NCBI GenBank assembly: GCA_965240325.2
Contig: OZ251232.1
Location: 868,001 to 932,000, forward strand
From: Rebecca billardiae RCC1528
Taxonomy: Eukaryota; Protista; Haptophyta
Direction of reading: 5' to 3'
DNA: 64,000 bases
The notes beneath the pieces are model-generated. The model did no database searches and was not told the DNA's origin. It saw only the letters and a program-made list of their open reading frames with translations. The position numbers and the translations under genes were made by a program. How positions within the stretch are numbered: the first letter of the stretch is position 1; each line of letters starts with the position of its first letter. Shown here one piece after another: positions 1 through 9,835 of the stretch.

Positions 1-132
1 CCGTGTGGAAATCTCTGCGCGCGCTGCTCGTGCATCTTGGTGCGCGCAGCGCTGCTCGTGGCAGCACGCCGACGACCGCGACATGAACTACACTAACACG
101 GAGTTACTCTACACGGAGGGATTCCCAACGTG

Positions 133-599
133 CGGCTCTGGCTCCGGTTGACCCCTGCCAGTCCGGTCATAGAAACCGGGCGTACCGAAAATGATCTTCG
201 CATTCCTGCGGCCGAATGAACGCCCGAAGTGTCCCACAGGGCCCCAAGTAGGGTTGCTATGGATGGCCAATAAGTGCCCAGGGTGTGAAACTCAGTTTGT
301 GACTACTTCAGACTCTATATTTTTCATAGCTATTTACCCAGTCCGGTGACACATTTCCAATAGCTACGGGTGCATCCGGATCGCTCCCGGACCGTGTTCT
401 GACCGGAGTCTGAAATGGGTAAATACATAGTAAAAATAGAGTCTGAACTATAGAGGAAGTGCTTGTTCGGGCCCAATATCGCTCTGAAGTCATCATCTAG
501 GCATCCATTGAGGTCCTCCTGTGCAGTTTTCACGAGTGACTTCATGAAGGAGCTCACAGTGCCCGTCTCTGGCAGGGGTCCGAACCGAAGCCAGAGCCG
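133..599. mobile_element. Putative MITE (non-autonomous TIR element)
   Basis: Imperfect ~30-bp inverted repeats CGGCTCTGGCTCCGGTT-GACCCCTGCCAG (133-161) and CTGGCAGGGGTCCGAACCGAAGCCAGAGCCG (569-599), each followed/preceded by TG. A related TIR remnant lies between TA tracts near 37339-37372. No coding signal inside. Confidence 0.5.
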
Positions 600-968
600 T
601 GCGTCATGCAGGATTTACTATAATACTACTACTGCCGACGCTCACGTGCACTATATTATTACTGTTACACGCAGAGTCTGTCAGCTGGCCAGCAGCCTGG
701 CCTGCCACCGAGAATGGCGCTCCTAAGTTCTTGAGTCATTATTTACATTAATATGATACGACGACGCTGCATTTCGGTAGTTAGATTTGAACTCTCATTT
801 CGATCGGCGATCTGCCTCCAAATCCAATCCCGAGTGAATCCGTGCCCGAGTGCGGAGTGGCATCAGAGTCGGAGTCAGAGTCAGAGGCTCAGAGTCAGTA
901 GAGTCGTCAGCCTCGACTATGACAATATGTCTACAAGTCTCAGTATACATCAATCGTATCACTACGTA

Positions 969-1538
969 GGCAATCGCGGGCCGAATAAGAATTGTCAGAG
1001 ATCTCACGGCTAGTCTCGGTTTCTTAGCCGTTCGGTAGCCCGAGCGCCTACGGAGTCTCAGTTTCTTAGCTAGGTCCGCCCGCCGCGCAGGCGCGGGGGG
1101 CGCAGGGGGGCAGAGCCCCCCGCTGAGTCTTCAGGCCTGGCCGGCGAGGCCGAAGCAGGAAATTTTGGGCCATTTTGGAGCAATAAATCTGGCATGATGT
1201 TGCATGGATGCTGCGGTGCACTGGCCAGGAGTCAGGCATCAGGAGAAGTCGGGACTCGGCCTGTACTCGTAGTCGGGCCGCGCGCCGCGTCCCAAGCCGG
1301 CCAAGGGCCGACTGCGCCTCGGCGGACCACTCCGGTTCGTCAGCCGCGACGCAGACTGTCGTACGGTCCCCCCGGGTTTTTTTGACAGTGTGACTATGCG
1401 TATAGCGAACCAGCCAATTTGCCCGGGCAGCCAATCGCTAGTCTCAGTTTCTAGGCCAGATCGGGCAGATCCGCAGATAGCGCAGCAAGCCCCAGTTTCT
1501 TAACGTGACAGCGGCTCCTAGTATTGCCCGCGATTGCC
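969..1538. mobile_element. Putative MITE with 13-bp TIRs, TA-flanked
   Basis: GGCAATCGCGGGC (969-981) and GCCCGCGATTGCC (1526-1538), with TA outside both ends. Subterminal motif GTCTC(A/G)GTTTCT recurs near 1013, 1055 and 1441. A second, inverted copy is at 52663-53045. Confidence 0.65.
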
Positions 1539-2038
1539 TACGTAGCTATACATAGTCGTCGGATTCTTAGATCGGTAACCGTCCGGTACTCACGGGCGGT
1601 ACTCGGTAGGCCGCGGTAGTAGTTAGTAGTTACGTTATTACGTTATATATATAATACGTACGGCGGTGTATTATATTTTATTGACGATGAATTTTCATTT
1701 TTCATGACAATGTCGTCAAGTTCTTATCAGGCGGAGAGTTAAGGCGCCAACGGCCGAGTCGGCCGACCGCGCACGTACTGTAGACCTGAGTAGTGAGTCG
1801 GAACAGAACGCCTCCCGTACGTAGAATCATGATCTTGGTAGCTGCCTGCCTGTCCGACGGCGTGGCGGCGACGGGCGATGATGCGCGCGCTGGGAGTTCG
1901 GCGACAGGTCGGGCGGAGGCGGGGCCAGCACCGGGCTGCTGGACGGTGGCATGGGAGCCGCTGCATCCGTCCGCCCGGGCTGCGGGCACGGGGTGGTTCG
2001 GTTCGGTGGATGGACGCCTCGACACATGAGCCCAAGGC

Positions 2039-2420
2039 TCAGTCCAGCACGATGGGCTCGTGCAAAGAGGAGCCCGCACGGGCAGGGCGAGCCCGCTTGC
2101 GCGGCGGACCGCGCTCGGCCTCGCAGGCAGGCGGCCCAGCGGCCGCAGCGCCGCCCGCACTCGAGGGCCCAGGGCGGTCCGCTGCGGCGGGCTCGACCGG
2201 CTCAGAGCTTGGCGCGGCGCGAGACGCCGCCTCTGCCGTTGCACCGGCCCGCGCGCTGAGTGTGACCAGGAGGCCAAAGTGGTCGCTTGGCACAACAGGC
2301 AGCACGCGCGAGCCGCCGTTGCGGAATGTCTTCGTGAGCGTCTGCCCAGCGATCGGCTGGATGCCGACCAGCTCGACCGAGCTCACGCGCACAGCCTGGC
2401 GCTGTGTCGTCGTCTCCGGA

Positions 2421-2464
<44 letters not shown>

Positions 2465-3409
2465 ATCGCCCGCGCTGGGCCGCGCGCACATGTGCACGAA
2501 GCAGCGGTCGAAGCGGTTGCGGTACTTGTGAGCGAGCATGCGGTTGGCGCGGCCGTCGTACGTGAACTTGGTCGCCTCAGGCCTCCCGACCGACTCCCAC
2601 GCGTCCTCCCACCCCATGCCCATCACCCGCGTCGCGTCGCCGTCCCCGTCGCCCCAGTTCATGTCGCCCATCAGCACGGCGGCGACTGCGCCGGCTGTGC
2701 GCGCCTCGCGCGCGAGCACGATGCCCGACTCGCGGAGCTGCTCACGCCGCGCGTGGCTCACCTCGTCGCGTACGGCCTCCCCGGCGAAGGACTCGAGGTG
2801 CGTGGACGCGAGCACGACACGGCCGACGCCCGCCCACTCGGCGACAACTACGAGGAGGCCGCGCGCCATCGACGAGCCGCACGAAAACGGAAGCCAGCGT
2901 GGCGGGTCTGAGGCCGAGAGCGGTGCTCGCGTCGCCAGGCCACACCAGTAGCCCATCGACTGGTCTTCTTGCTGGTGCAGGGTGTAGCCTGCGCGCTGCA
3001 GCTTCGGCAGGAGCATGCTCGCCTGCTGCGAGGTCAGCTCCTGCAGCGCGAGCGCGGCGGGCTGAACGTTGCTCTCAGTGCGGTCGGCGAGGCTGGCGAT
3101 GCGCTGCATCCGAACGGCGTACGTGTCTGGGTACTCGAACCACACGTTGTACGAAAGCAGCGAGAGCGGCGGCGGCGCCGTAGCCGTGGCTCCGCGCACG
3201 CTCGCACTCGCCTCAGCAGCAGGGCCAGCGGCCAGCGCATCAGCGGCCGCTGGAGCGGCCACTGGGGCCGCAGCTGCGGCCACTGGGGCCGCAGCTGGGG
3301 CCGCAGCGGATGCAGCGGCCTCGGCCTCGGCGAGTGCCCGTGCGCGCCGCGCGGCCGCCATCCGCCTCACCTCGGCCAGCTGACGCGTGGTCTCGTCGTC
3401 GCTGTCCAT
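2039..3409 (-). CDS. TDP2: Tyrosyl-DNA phosphodiesterase 2-like EEP-family phosphodiesterase
   Basis: EEP motifs in order: SYNV, LQE, STHLES, MGDMN, WEDAW, TYD..N, RFDR, SDHFG. ATG at 3409 (MDSDDE). GCG-encoded poly-Ala insertion at ~2425-2465. Confidence 0.8.
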
Positions 3410-3630
3410 CTCCCCGTCGCAACAAGTCAACAACGCCCTCGCGAGCGGGGCGAGTTCGTTGGCCAAAGTCCGGCCAAATCAAAAGCCAGCCAGCGCTAGG
3501 ACCAGGACCCCGCCGGCGAGCGTGACCTGGAGACCGTTGGCGTACTTTGGCGTCGCACGGCGCCCCCGCCATATCGTGCGCGGCTGGCTGGAGACCGAGA
3601 CCTTGCCCCCCCCCTTCTGCTGCGAGGGCA

Positions 3631-5123
3631 ATGTCGGAGGTCGAGCGCGTGCTTCTGGAGATTCCCGTCGGGCAGGGGACGGGGAAAGAGCCTCGGCTGA
3701 CCCCGGTCAAGCAGCAGGCCCGCTCGCGTGACGAGCTTGAGAATCGGCTGGCAGCGGCAGCCTCAAAGAAAGATGCTGCGCTTGCGGAGAAGCAGGAGCG
3801 CGCGCGCCGCCACGCCGAGCAGGAGGCCGCTCGCGAGCGGCGCGAGCAGACGCAGGGCGAGGCGGAGGCGCACCGCGCGAAGCTTGCCGCGCGCGAGCGC
3901 GAGGCCGAGCTCGCCGCCGCCGAGAAGCTCGCCCTGATCAAGGGCCGGGCGCAGGCTCACAACGAGAAGGTCTCAGACGCAATGCGCGCCGTGCTCGCCG
4001 AGGGGGCCGCTGACTCGACGTCGGCCGCGAAGCGGATCGAGAAGGAGGCGGAGGCTGCTCAGCGCGCCGCCGCCGCGCTCGAGTCGAAGAAGGACGCGGC
4101 CGCCATGCACAACGAGAAGGTCGCCGTCGCGGTTGCGCGCACGACCGAGGCTGAGAAGGAGGCGGAGGCGGCCGCCCTCCAGCGCCACGAGGAGAAGGCG
4201 CGCGAGGCGCTGCGCAAGGCGGCGGAGGCGAAGGAGGTGCGCAAGGCCGTGGCGTCGGACCACAACACCAAGGTCGCCGAGACCGTCGCGCTCACCATCT
4301 CGGCGCGCAAGGCGAAGGAGGAGGCGCGCCGAGCGGAGGTCGAGTCCCTCTCCAGCCCCTTTGCCTCGCCCACCTCCGAGACGCTCGAGGACAGCGCCAA
4401 GCCGCCGGTGATGGTGCGCGCGCGAGGGCCGGGGCTTCGGCGCTGCGGCGGCGCCGCGCGCGCGACCCTGCCATGCCGTGCTCAGGCACGCCCCGCGCGC
4501 CGTGCGTCCGTCGCCTGCGCCGCGCCCCTGCGCGCGCACTGCGCAGCTTCGGTTGGAGGCAGACGCGGAGGTGTCTCGCGAGGCCAAGCTCTCGGCCGCG
4601 GACATTGACGAGGCGCTCAAGGAGGCAGAGCGCAAACGCGAAGAGTTTCTCGCGTCGTCGCGCGTGGCTCCGAACGCTCAGCGCGTGCAGAAGGCGAAGG
4701 CCGTCGCGAAGGAGGTGCAGGTGAGCGCAGTTCGCCGGGTGCGCCATTCGTGCACCGCCCCCCGAGCGCGGCGCGGCTCGCATGCTCAAGCCGCCACGCG
4801 TGGCCGCCGCTGCTGCATCCTCCGCCGCCGCGCAGGAGGAGGCCAAGGTCAAGTCAGAGAAGCTCGCCAAGGAGTCCGCCGAGAAGCTCGAGCGCGCCGC
4901 GGCACGGCGCGATGAGGCGCTCGCCGCGCGCGCGGCACGAGCGGGGCGCCGCTCGACAAGTCCGAGCCCTGTCAAGCGCGCAGCACGGAGCGCGGGCGGG
5001 CCGCCGGAGCAGGGCGGCAGCGGCGCGCTGCTGACGTCGGTGGCCGCCGTCGCATTTGCGGTCGGGCTGGCGGTCCTCGCCAAGAACGCGCTGCTTGGCG
5101 TGCTCCTCGGGGCGGGACGCTGA
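3631..5123 (+). CDS. Ala/Glu/Lys-rich coiled-coil protein with stathmin-like motifs and C-terminal membrane anchor (3 exons)
   Basis: Coding-like frames are joined by GT-AG introns at ~4414-4548 and ~4721-4833. Repeated AxxHNEKV helices. C-terminal hydrophobic segment LLTSVAAVAFAVGLAVLAKNALLGVLL. Confidence 0.7.
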
Positions 5124-5583
5124 GCTCCGCGTCGTCCGTCGATAGACGATATGCCAGATCACTCATTCACTGCCTCGCCCTCAGGCATCGTAACGATCGA
5201 CTTGTCGATTTCACTGTGATGACTGCTCATCAGAGTCATCGTCACACTTGTTATCATAATACGCTGCTTATTAAGCAGCGCGCAGTCTGCTACTGATAGT
5301 AGCATGAATAAGCATGCATGATGCTTATAGTTATAATCCGGATGGCAGACGAGGCTCCGCCATATATATAGTCTCAGGCGGCTGCGGCTGCTATATATCA
5401 TTATATATATATAATATTAATGTCGTCAGAGTACATTAATTTTCCTGTCATAAGCCACCGCCATACTCCAGTAGATTCGTCTTGTGATTTCTTAAGTCGT
5501 AACTTCGAATTACTGGTCACCGGGCCGACGGGGGCTAGCTCACGGGGGGCCGGCGGGGGGTCGGCAGCACCGCGCAGGTCGTG

Positions 5584-6609
5584 TTATGCGAGGCACACCT
5601 CGTAGGGCGAGACCCACACGCTCCCGGGGAACGTGGTGAGCCCGTTGAAGCAGAGCGTGCTCACGCCCGCGCCCGTGAAGCTGGCGACGACCCCTCCGGC
5701 GTTCGAGTAGGTGAAGGTGAGGCCGGTGCCGGCCTGCGTCCATGCGCCCGACGTGTTCGGATCGTCCGTCGTGATCGAGCCGTCGTCCTTCCAGTAGGCT
5801 GCACGCACGCGGGGCGGTGATTGATGGAGGAGGGGGTGGCGCGGGCGCGATCGTTCAACGGTCGATCCCGCCGAGCGAGGGGCAGGTCTCACGCCAGCGC
5901 CCCGAGCACTGAGCACTGGGGCGCAAGGGTCGCACACGCGGCGCAGCATGTGGCCGTGGCGATGTCCACGCCAGGGAGCCCGGGGGCCGCCGCACGCGCG
6001 CGCACCCGTGTGCGTCGAGATGCTGCTGGGCGACGCCTCGCACTCGAAGAAGGACGTGAGGTCCTGCCCGGTGCAGTGGCGCAGGACGACGGTGCGCGGG
6101 CTGGGCGGGTTGACGGCGGGCGAGGTGAAGAGCTGCTCGGGGACGATCGTGCCGCGGTTGTTCGCCGGCGTGACCTCGCGGCGCGGCACCTTGGACAGCT
6201 CCGCGACGATCTCGATCTGCGCCGACGACTGCGGCACCTTGAGCTCGAAGAACAGCGTCGCCACGTCGTTGGCACCGCCCGCCTTGTCGATGCGCGGCAG
6301 CGAGCACACGTAGCCGAGGCCGCTGGCGGTGAGCGCGCACGCGCTGCTCTTGGAGCCGAGTTCGCCGAGCACGTGCACGTTGGGCGACGTGTTCGTCGTC
6401 GGGAGCGTGATCGTGATCTCCGCATCCCCCGCGTCGACGCGCCGATTACCCAAATTCCGCACTGCGACCTCGAAGCGTGTGAAGTCGGAGATGAGCTGCG
6501 GGCCGTCCTGCGTGATGCTCACGCCGAGGTCGGGGCGGCGCCGCGCGCACACGCCCGGCAGAAGGAGCGCTGCGAGCGCGGCGAGTGCGGTGTGTCGCGT
6601 CGGTGCCAT
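5584..6609 (-). CDS. Secreted protein with DUF11-like Ig-fold domain and small Cys-containing beta domain (2 exons)
   Basis: Signal peptide MAPTRHTALAALAALLLPGVCA. PDLGVSIT...VAVRNLG...EVTPANN pattern typical of DUF11. In-frame GT-AG intron 5799-6005 removes a low-complexity stretch. Confidence 0.7.
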   Translation of the reverse strand: MAPTRHTALAALAALLLPGVCARRRPDLGVSITQDGPQLISDFTRFEVAVRNLGNRRVDAGDAEITITLPTTNTSPNVHVLGELGSKSSACALTASGLGYVCSLPRIDKAGGANDVATLFFELKVPQSSAQIEIVAELSKVPRREVTPANNRGTIVPEQLFTSPAVNPPSPRTVVLRHCTGQDLTSFFECEASPSSISTHTGARACGGPRAPWRGHRHGHMLRRVCDPCAPVLSARGAGVRPAPRSAGSTVERSRPRHPLLHQSPPRVRAAYWKDDGSITTDDPNTSGAWTQAGTGLTFTYSNAGGVVASFTGAGVSTLCFNGLTTFPGSVWVSPYEVCLA

Positions 6610-6889
6610 CGGGGCGCGCGGACGACACGGCAGGGCGGGCGGCGAACGATGTGGCGTCTCCTGCACGAAAGCCACGAGATCATATTATGAAGAGCCCATT
6701 TTTTGGCCTTAGAAGTCGGAAATCGCGCCGGTGGTCCCAAATTTGGCCATATGCTGATGCCAAAAATAGCGATAGTCATTCAAGTCGTCCCATGTAGTAT
6801 ACAAATACGATGCAAGACGGTTCTGCCGCTGATACTGGCAACTACGACTCATCAATCATCAAGCGAGAGCAACCGACTCAACGACATTA

Positions 6890-9419
6890 TTACCGATTTC
6901 GGGCAACTGAAAACATGCATTTCGTTTTTGCAAATTTTGTTTTGTTTTTTGAACTTTTTTCATTTTTCAAAACATGTTTTGGACAAAACATCTTTTTGAA
7001 AAAATGTTTTCGAAAAACTTGTTTTGTTTTGTTTTTTTGAAAAACGTTTTCAAAACAAGTTTTCAAAACGTGTTTCAAAAAACAAAACAAAACTTAAGTT
7101 TTCAAAACGTGTTTTAAGTTTTGTTTTGAAAAAGTTTTCTTGGAGAGGAAACCGGAAAGACCGTTGTCCACCGCGTCGCGCGGCGGCGGGCAATCGGCGG
7201 CGACAGGAGATGCCGCGCGAGCCACGGCCGCGGATCGCAGTCAACGCGCACAACGGCGTGTACCGACAGGGTAGGAGCTACGACGTGGTTCTTCGGCAGC
7301 GCGTCGTGGGGACTGCCCTCCGACTGCGCGCGGGCAACTCGTCGTGCACGTACGACGAGATCGCTCAACTCACGGGCGTCGCCAAATCGACCGTGTTCAA
7401 GTGGGTGCGGGAGTACCTCGCGACGCAGCAGATCGTGAGCACGCAGTCGGGCGGCGTCGCGTCCTCTGGCCCGCCGATCTTCGACCTGCCCCAGCTCTTC
7501 CTGCTGAAAGCACTCGTCAAGATGTACCCGCGAGACACGCTGGCGCAAACATGTGCACGCCTTGCGCTGTGGTATGGCCTGAGCGTCAGCGAGCCGACCG
7601 TCTGCAGAGCAATGCAGGTCATCCGCATGACGCGCAAGAAGACCGTTGAGGTTCCGGTGGTGCGCGCAAGTGCGCCGCGGCGACCGCGCATGCGTGCGCG
7701 CTTGATGCTTGGTCTCGCCCGGCCATCAGCGGGTGTGACCCTCAGCCGTGCCCTGCTGCGACAGGGCCAGGGGCGGGAGCTGATGGAGGATCCTGTCGCC
7801 GACGCAGTAAGCGCGCCGCTGAGCACATCGGCCTGCAGGAGTCCGTGCTTCTTTCGTCATCATGGCGAGCAGCGGAATCTGGGCGCGACGAGCAGCGTGA
7901 TGATGCGCGCGTCCGGACGAGCCGATCATGTCTTTCGACTACTTTCATCCGCCTGAGCCGCGGGCCCGTGCGCTTCGGGCAGGAGCCCTCGTCATCAGTC
8001 GTCTGATGCCCTGCATGACGCTGCCATACTACTACGACACAAGTACGCGTGAGTCGCTGTTAGTCATATCGATGCGATCGTCGCACGACAGCAGTGGCGC
8101 TGCACGGCCGCGGAGCCCAGGGCTGACGATCAGTGTGGACCGAGCCGTCGACAGACGCAACTAGTCGGCGGACACGACGAGGTCTGTAGTGCGCGCCGCG
8201 TGCGGCCAGGTACCGCCAGGGCCAGGGCCACGCCGGTGACGGCGGGCAGCAGAGGATGCAGCACGCGCGTGACGCCAACGTGCCGTGCGAGGGCTACGCC
8301 AACGCTGCTCAGGCACCGCAGCAGCCGCAGCTCACGCGTGAGGACTTCTGCCGACTGTGGTTGGCAGCGGTGCGCGAACTCGTCGGCGGCGTCCGACGAC
8401 CGCCGCGGAGGTGAAGGTGATGGTGCTTGCTGCGCTCAACGCCAGGTGCGCGTATGTGCGTGAGCCCAAGCGGTGGACGAGCACGGTCGCGTGCCATCCG
8501 CACGTGGTCGTCGCCATCGCCCTTCGCGCCATCGTGCGACTCGGCGGCGCGCTGCACCGCGCGAGCACACAAGCGTCGGAGCACGACGGCAAGATCATCG
8601 GCAACACGTTCCGCGACCGCACGTGCCGGGCGGGCGGGCTGAGCTCGAACAGACGCGGCACGAGCATGCCGCGAGCTGGCCGCGTCGAGCAGGCCGCCAA
8701 GCAGGTGATCGTGGGCAAGATGAAGATCATGAAGAAGCGCACCAACACCGTCGACAAGAACGGCCGGCTGCGACTGCGCGCAGCAAACGGACGGTGCAGC
8801 CGGGCGCATCCAGTGGCAGCGGGCCTGCGAGCGAGGTGCGTCTGCGCGAGATCGTCCATGCGCGTCGCACCGCATCACCACCTCCGCCATCTGACGCCTG
8901 CGCACCGCATGCGCGCGCGGCCGCGCGGTCGCGCGACCGGCAGGGCGAGTGAGATGACATTTGCGAGTGTCGCGGGCAGTAATAGACGAGGAGACGAAGT
9001 GGCAGGGGCTGGTGAGCGGTGCCTGGAGCATGTGTTGGGTGGTTGCGCACCTGCCAGTGCCCGTCCGCGCCGGCTCAGGGTTCTTACTAGGCCGCCGGCC
9101 CGCGTCGCGCGGCGGCCACCGTAAAGTAGACATTTGGCCGCCATTCTGTTCACCGTGTGTTTTCGAGCGTCACTTTTTGGAAAAAGACAAAAAGTGAAAA
9201 CGTTTTTGAAAAAGGGAAAACAGGTTTGCACTTTTTGAAAACACGTTTTGAAAACAGGGTTTGAAAAACGTTTTCGTTTTTTGTTTCGTTTTGGCAAAAC
9301 TTCTTTTCCAAAAACAAAACAAAACATGTTTTAAATCCGGTTTTCAAAAGTTGAAACTTTTTGGAGTGCGTTTTTCAAAAAAGTGCAGAATCATGTTTTC
9401 AGTTGCCCAAAATCGGTAA
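6890..9419 (+). mobile_element. Tc1/mariner/IS630-type DNA transposon, probably non-autonomous
   Basis: TIRs TTACCGATTTCGGGCAACTGAAAACATG (from 6890) and CATGTTTTCAGTTGCCCAAAATCGGTAA (to 9419), with TA outside both. ~250-bp AT-rich subterminal arrays of TTTTG/CAAAA/GAAAAAC at both ends. Internal transposase HTH fragment. Confidence 0.85.
7210..7650 (+). pseudogene. Transposase N-terminal DNA-binding region (paired-like HTH + second HTH); no DDE domain recognised
   Basis: VNAHNGVYRQGRSYDVVLRQRVV...YDEIAQLTGVAKSTVFKWV...LSVSEPTVCRAMQVIRMTRKK matches IS630/Tc1 N-terminal architecture. Downstream frames show no recognisable DDE motifs. Confidence 0.7.
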
Positions 9420-9835
9420 TATCTCGTCATCATCTGACAAGGCCCTTGCATCTGAGTGACCAATACCACTTACCAGTAAGACTCCACTGAGAGACGACGA
9501 TCATCACGATTCTTACTGCACCTCCGCGCAGTCTACAGTCAGAGAGAGCCGCGCATCGGATCGAACGGCGCCGGCTGAATCTCAGTCTCTCCGATCGAGC
9601 AAACAGGTGAGCGGCGAAGCACCGGCAGACGTCGGTGACTCATCAGGAGCCAACACGCCCGTGCGCCCACGGCCAGGCGTGAGCCGCGCGTACTCTGGCG
9701 CCAGTGCGATCCGCGCGGCCGGCCGCCGCCGCCGGTGGACTCGGGAGGGTGGCCTGGGCGGGATACTGCACGGGATGGCTGTGCCTCGCGCGACTGCCGC
9801 CAGGCTGCGTCGACGCCTGCTCGGCATGGATGAAG

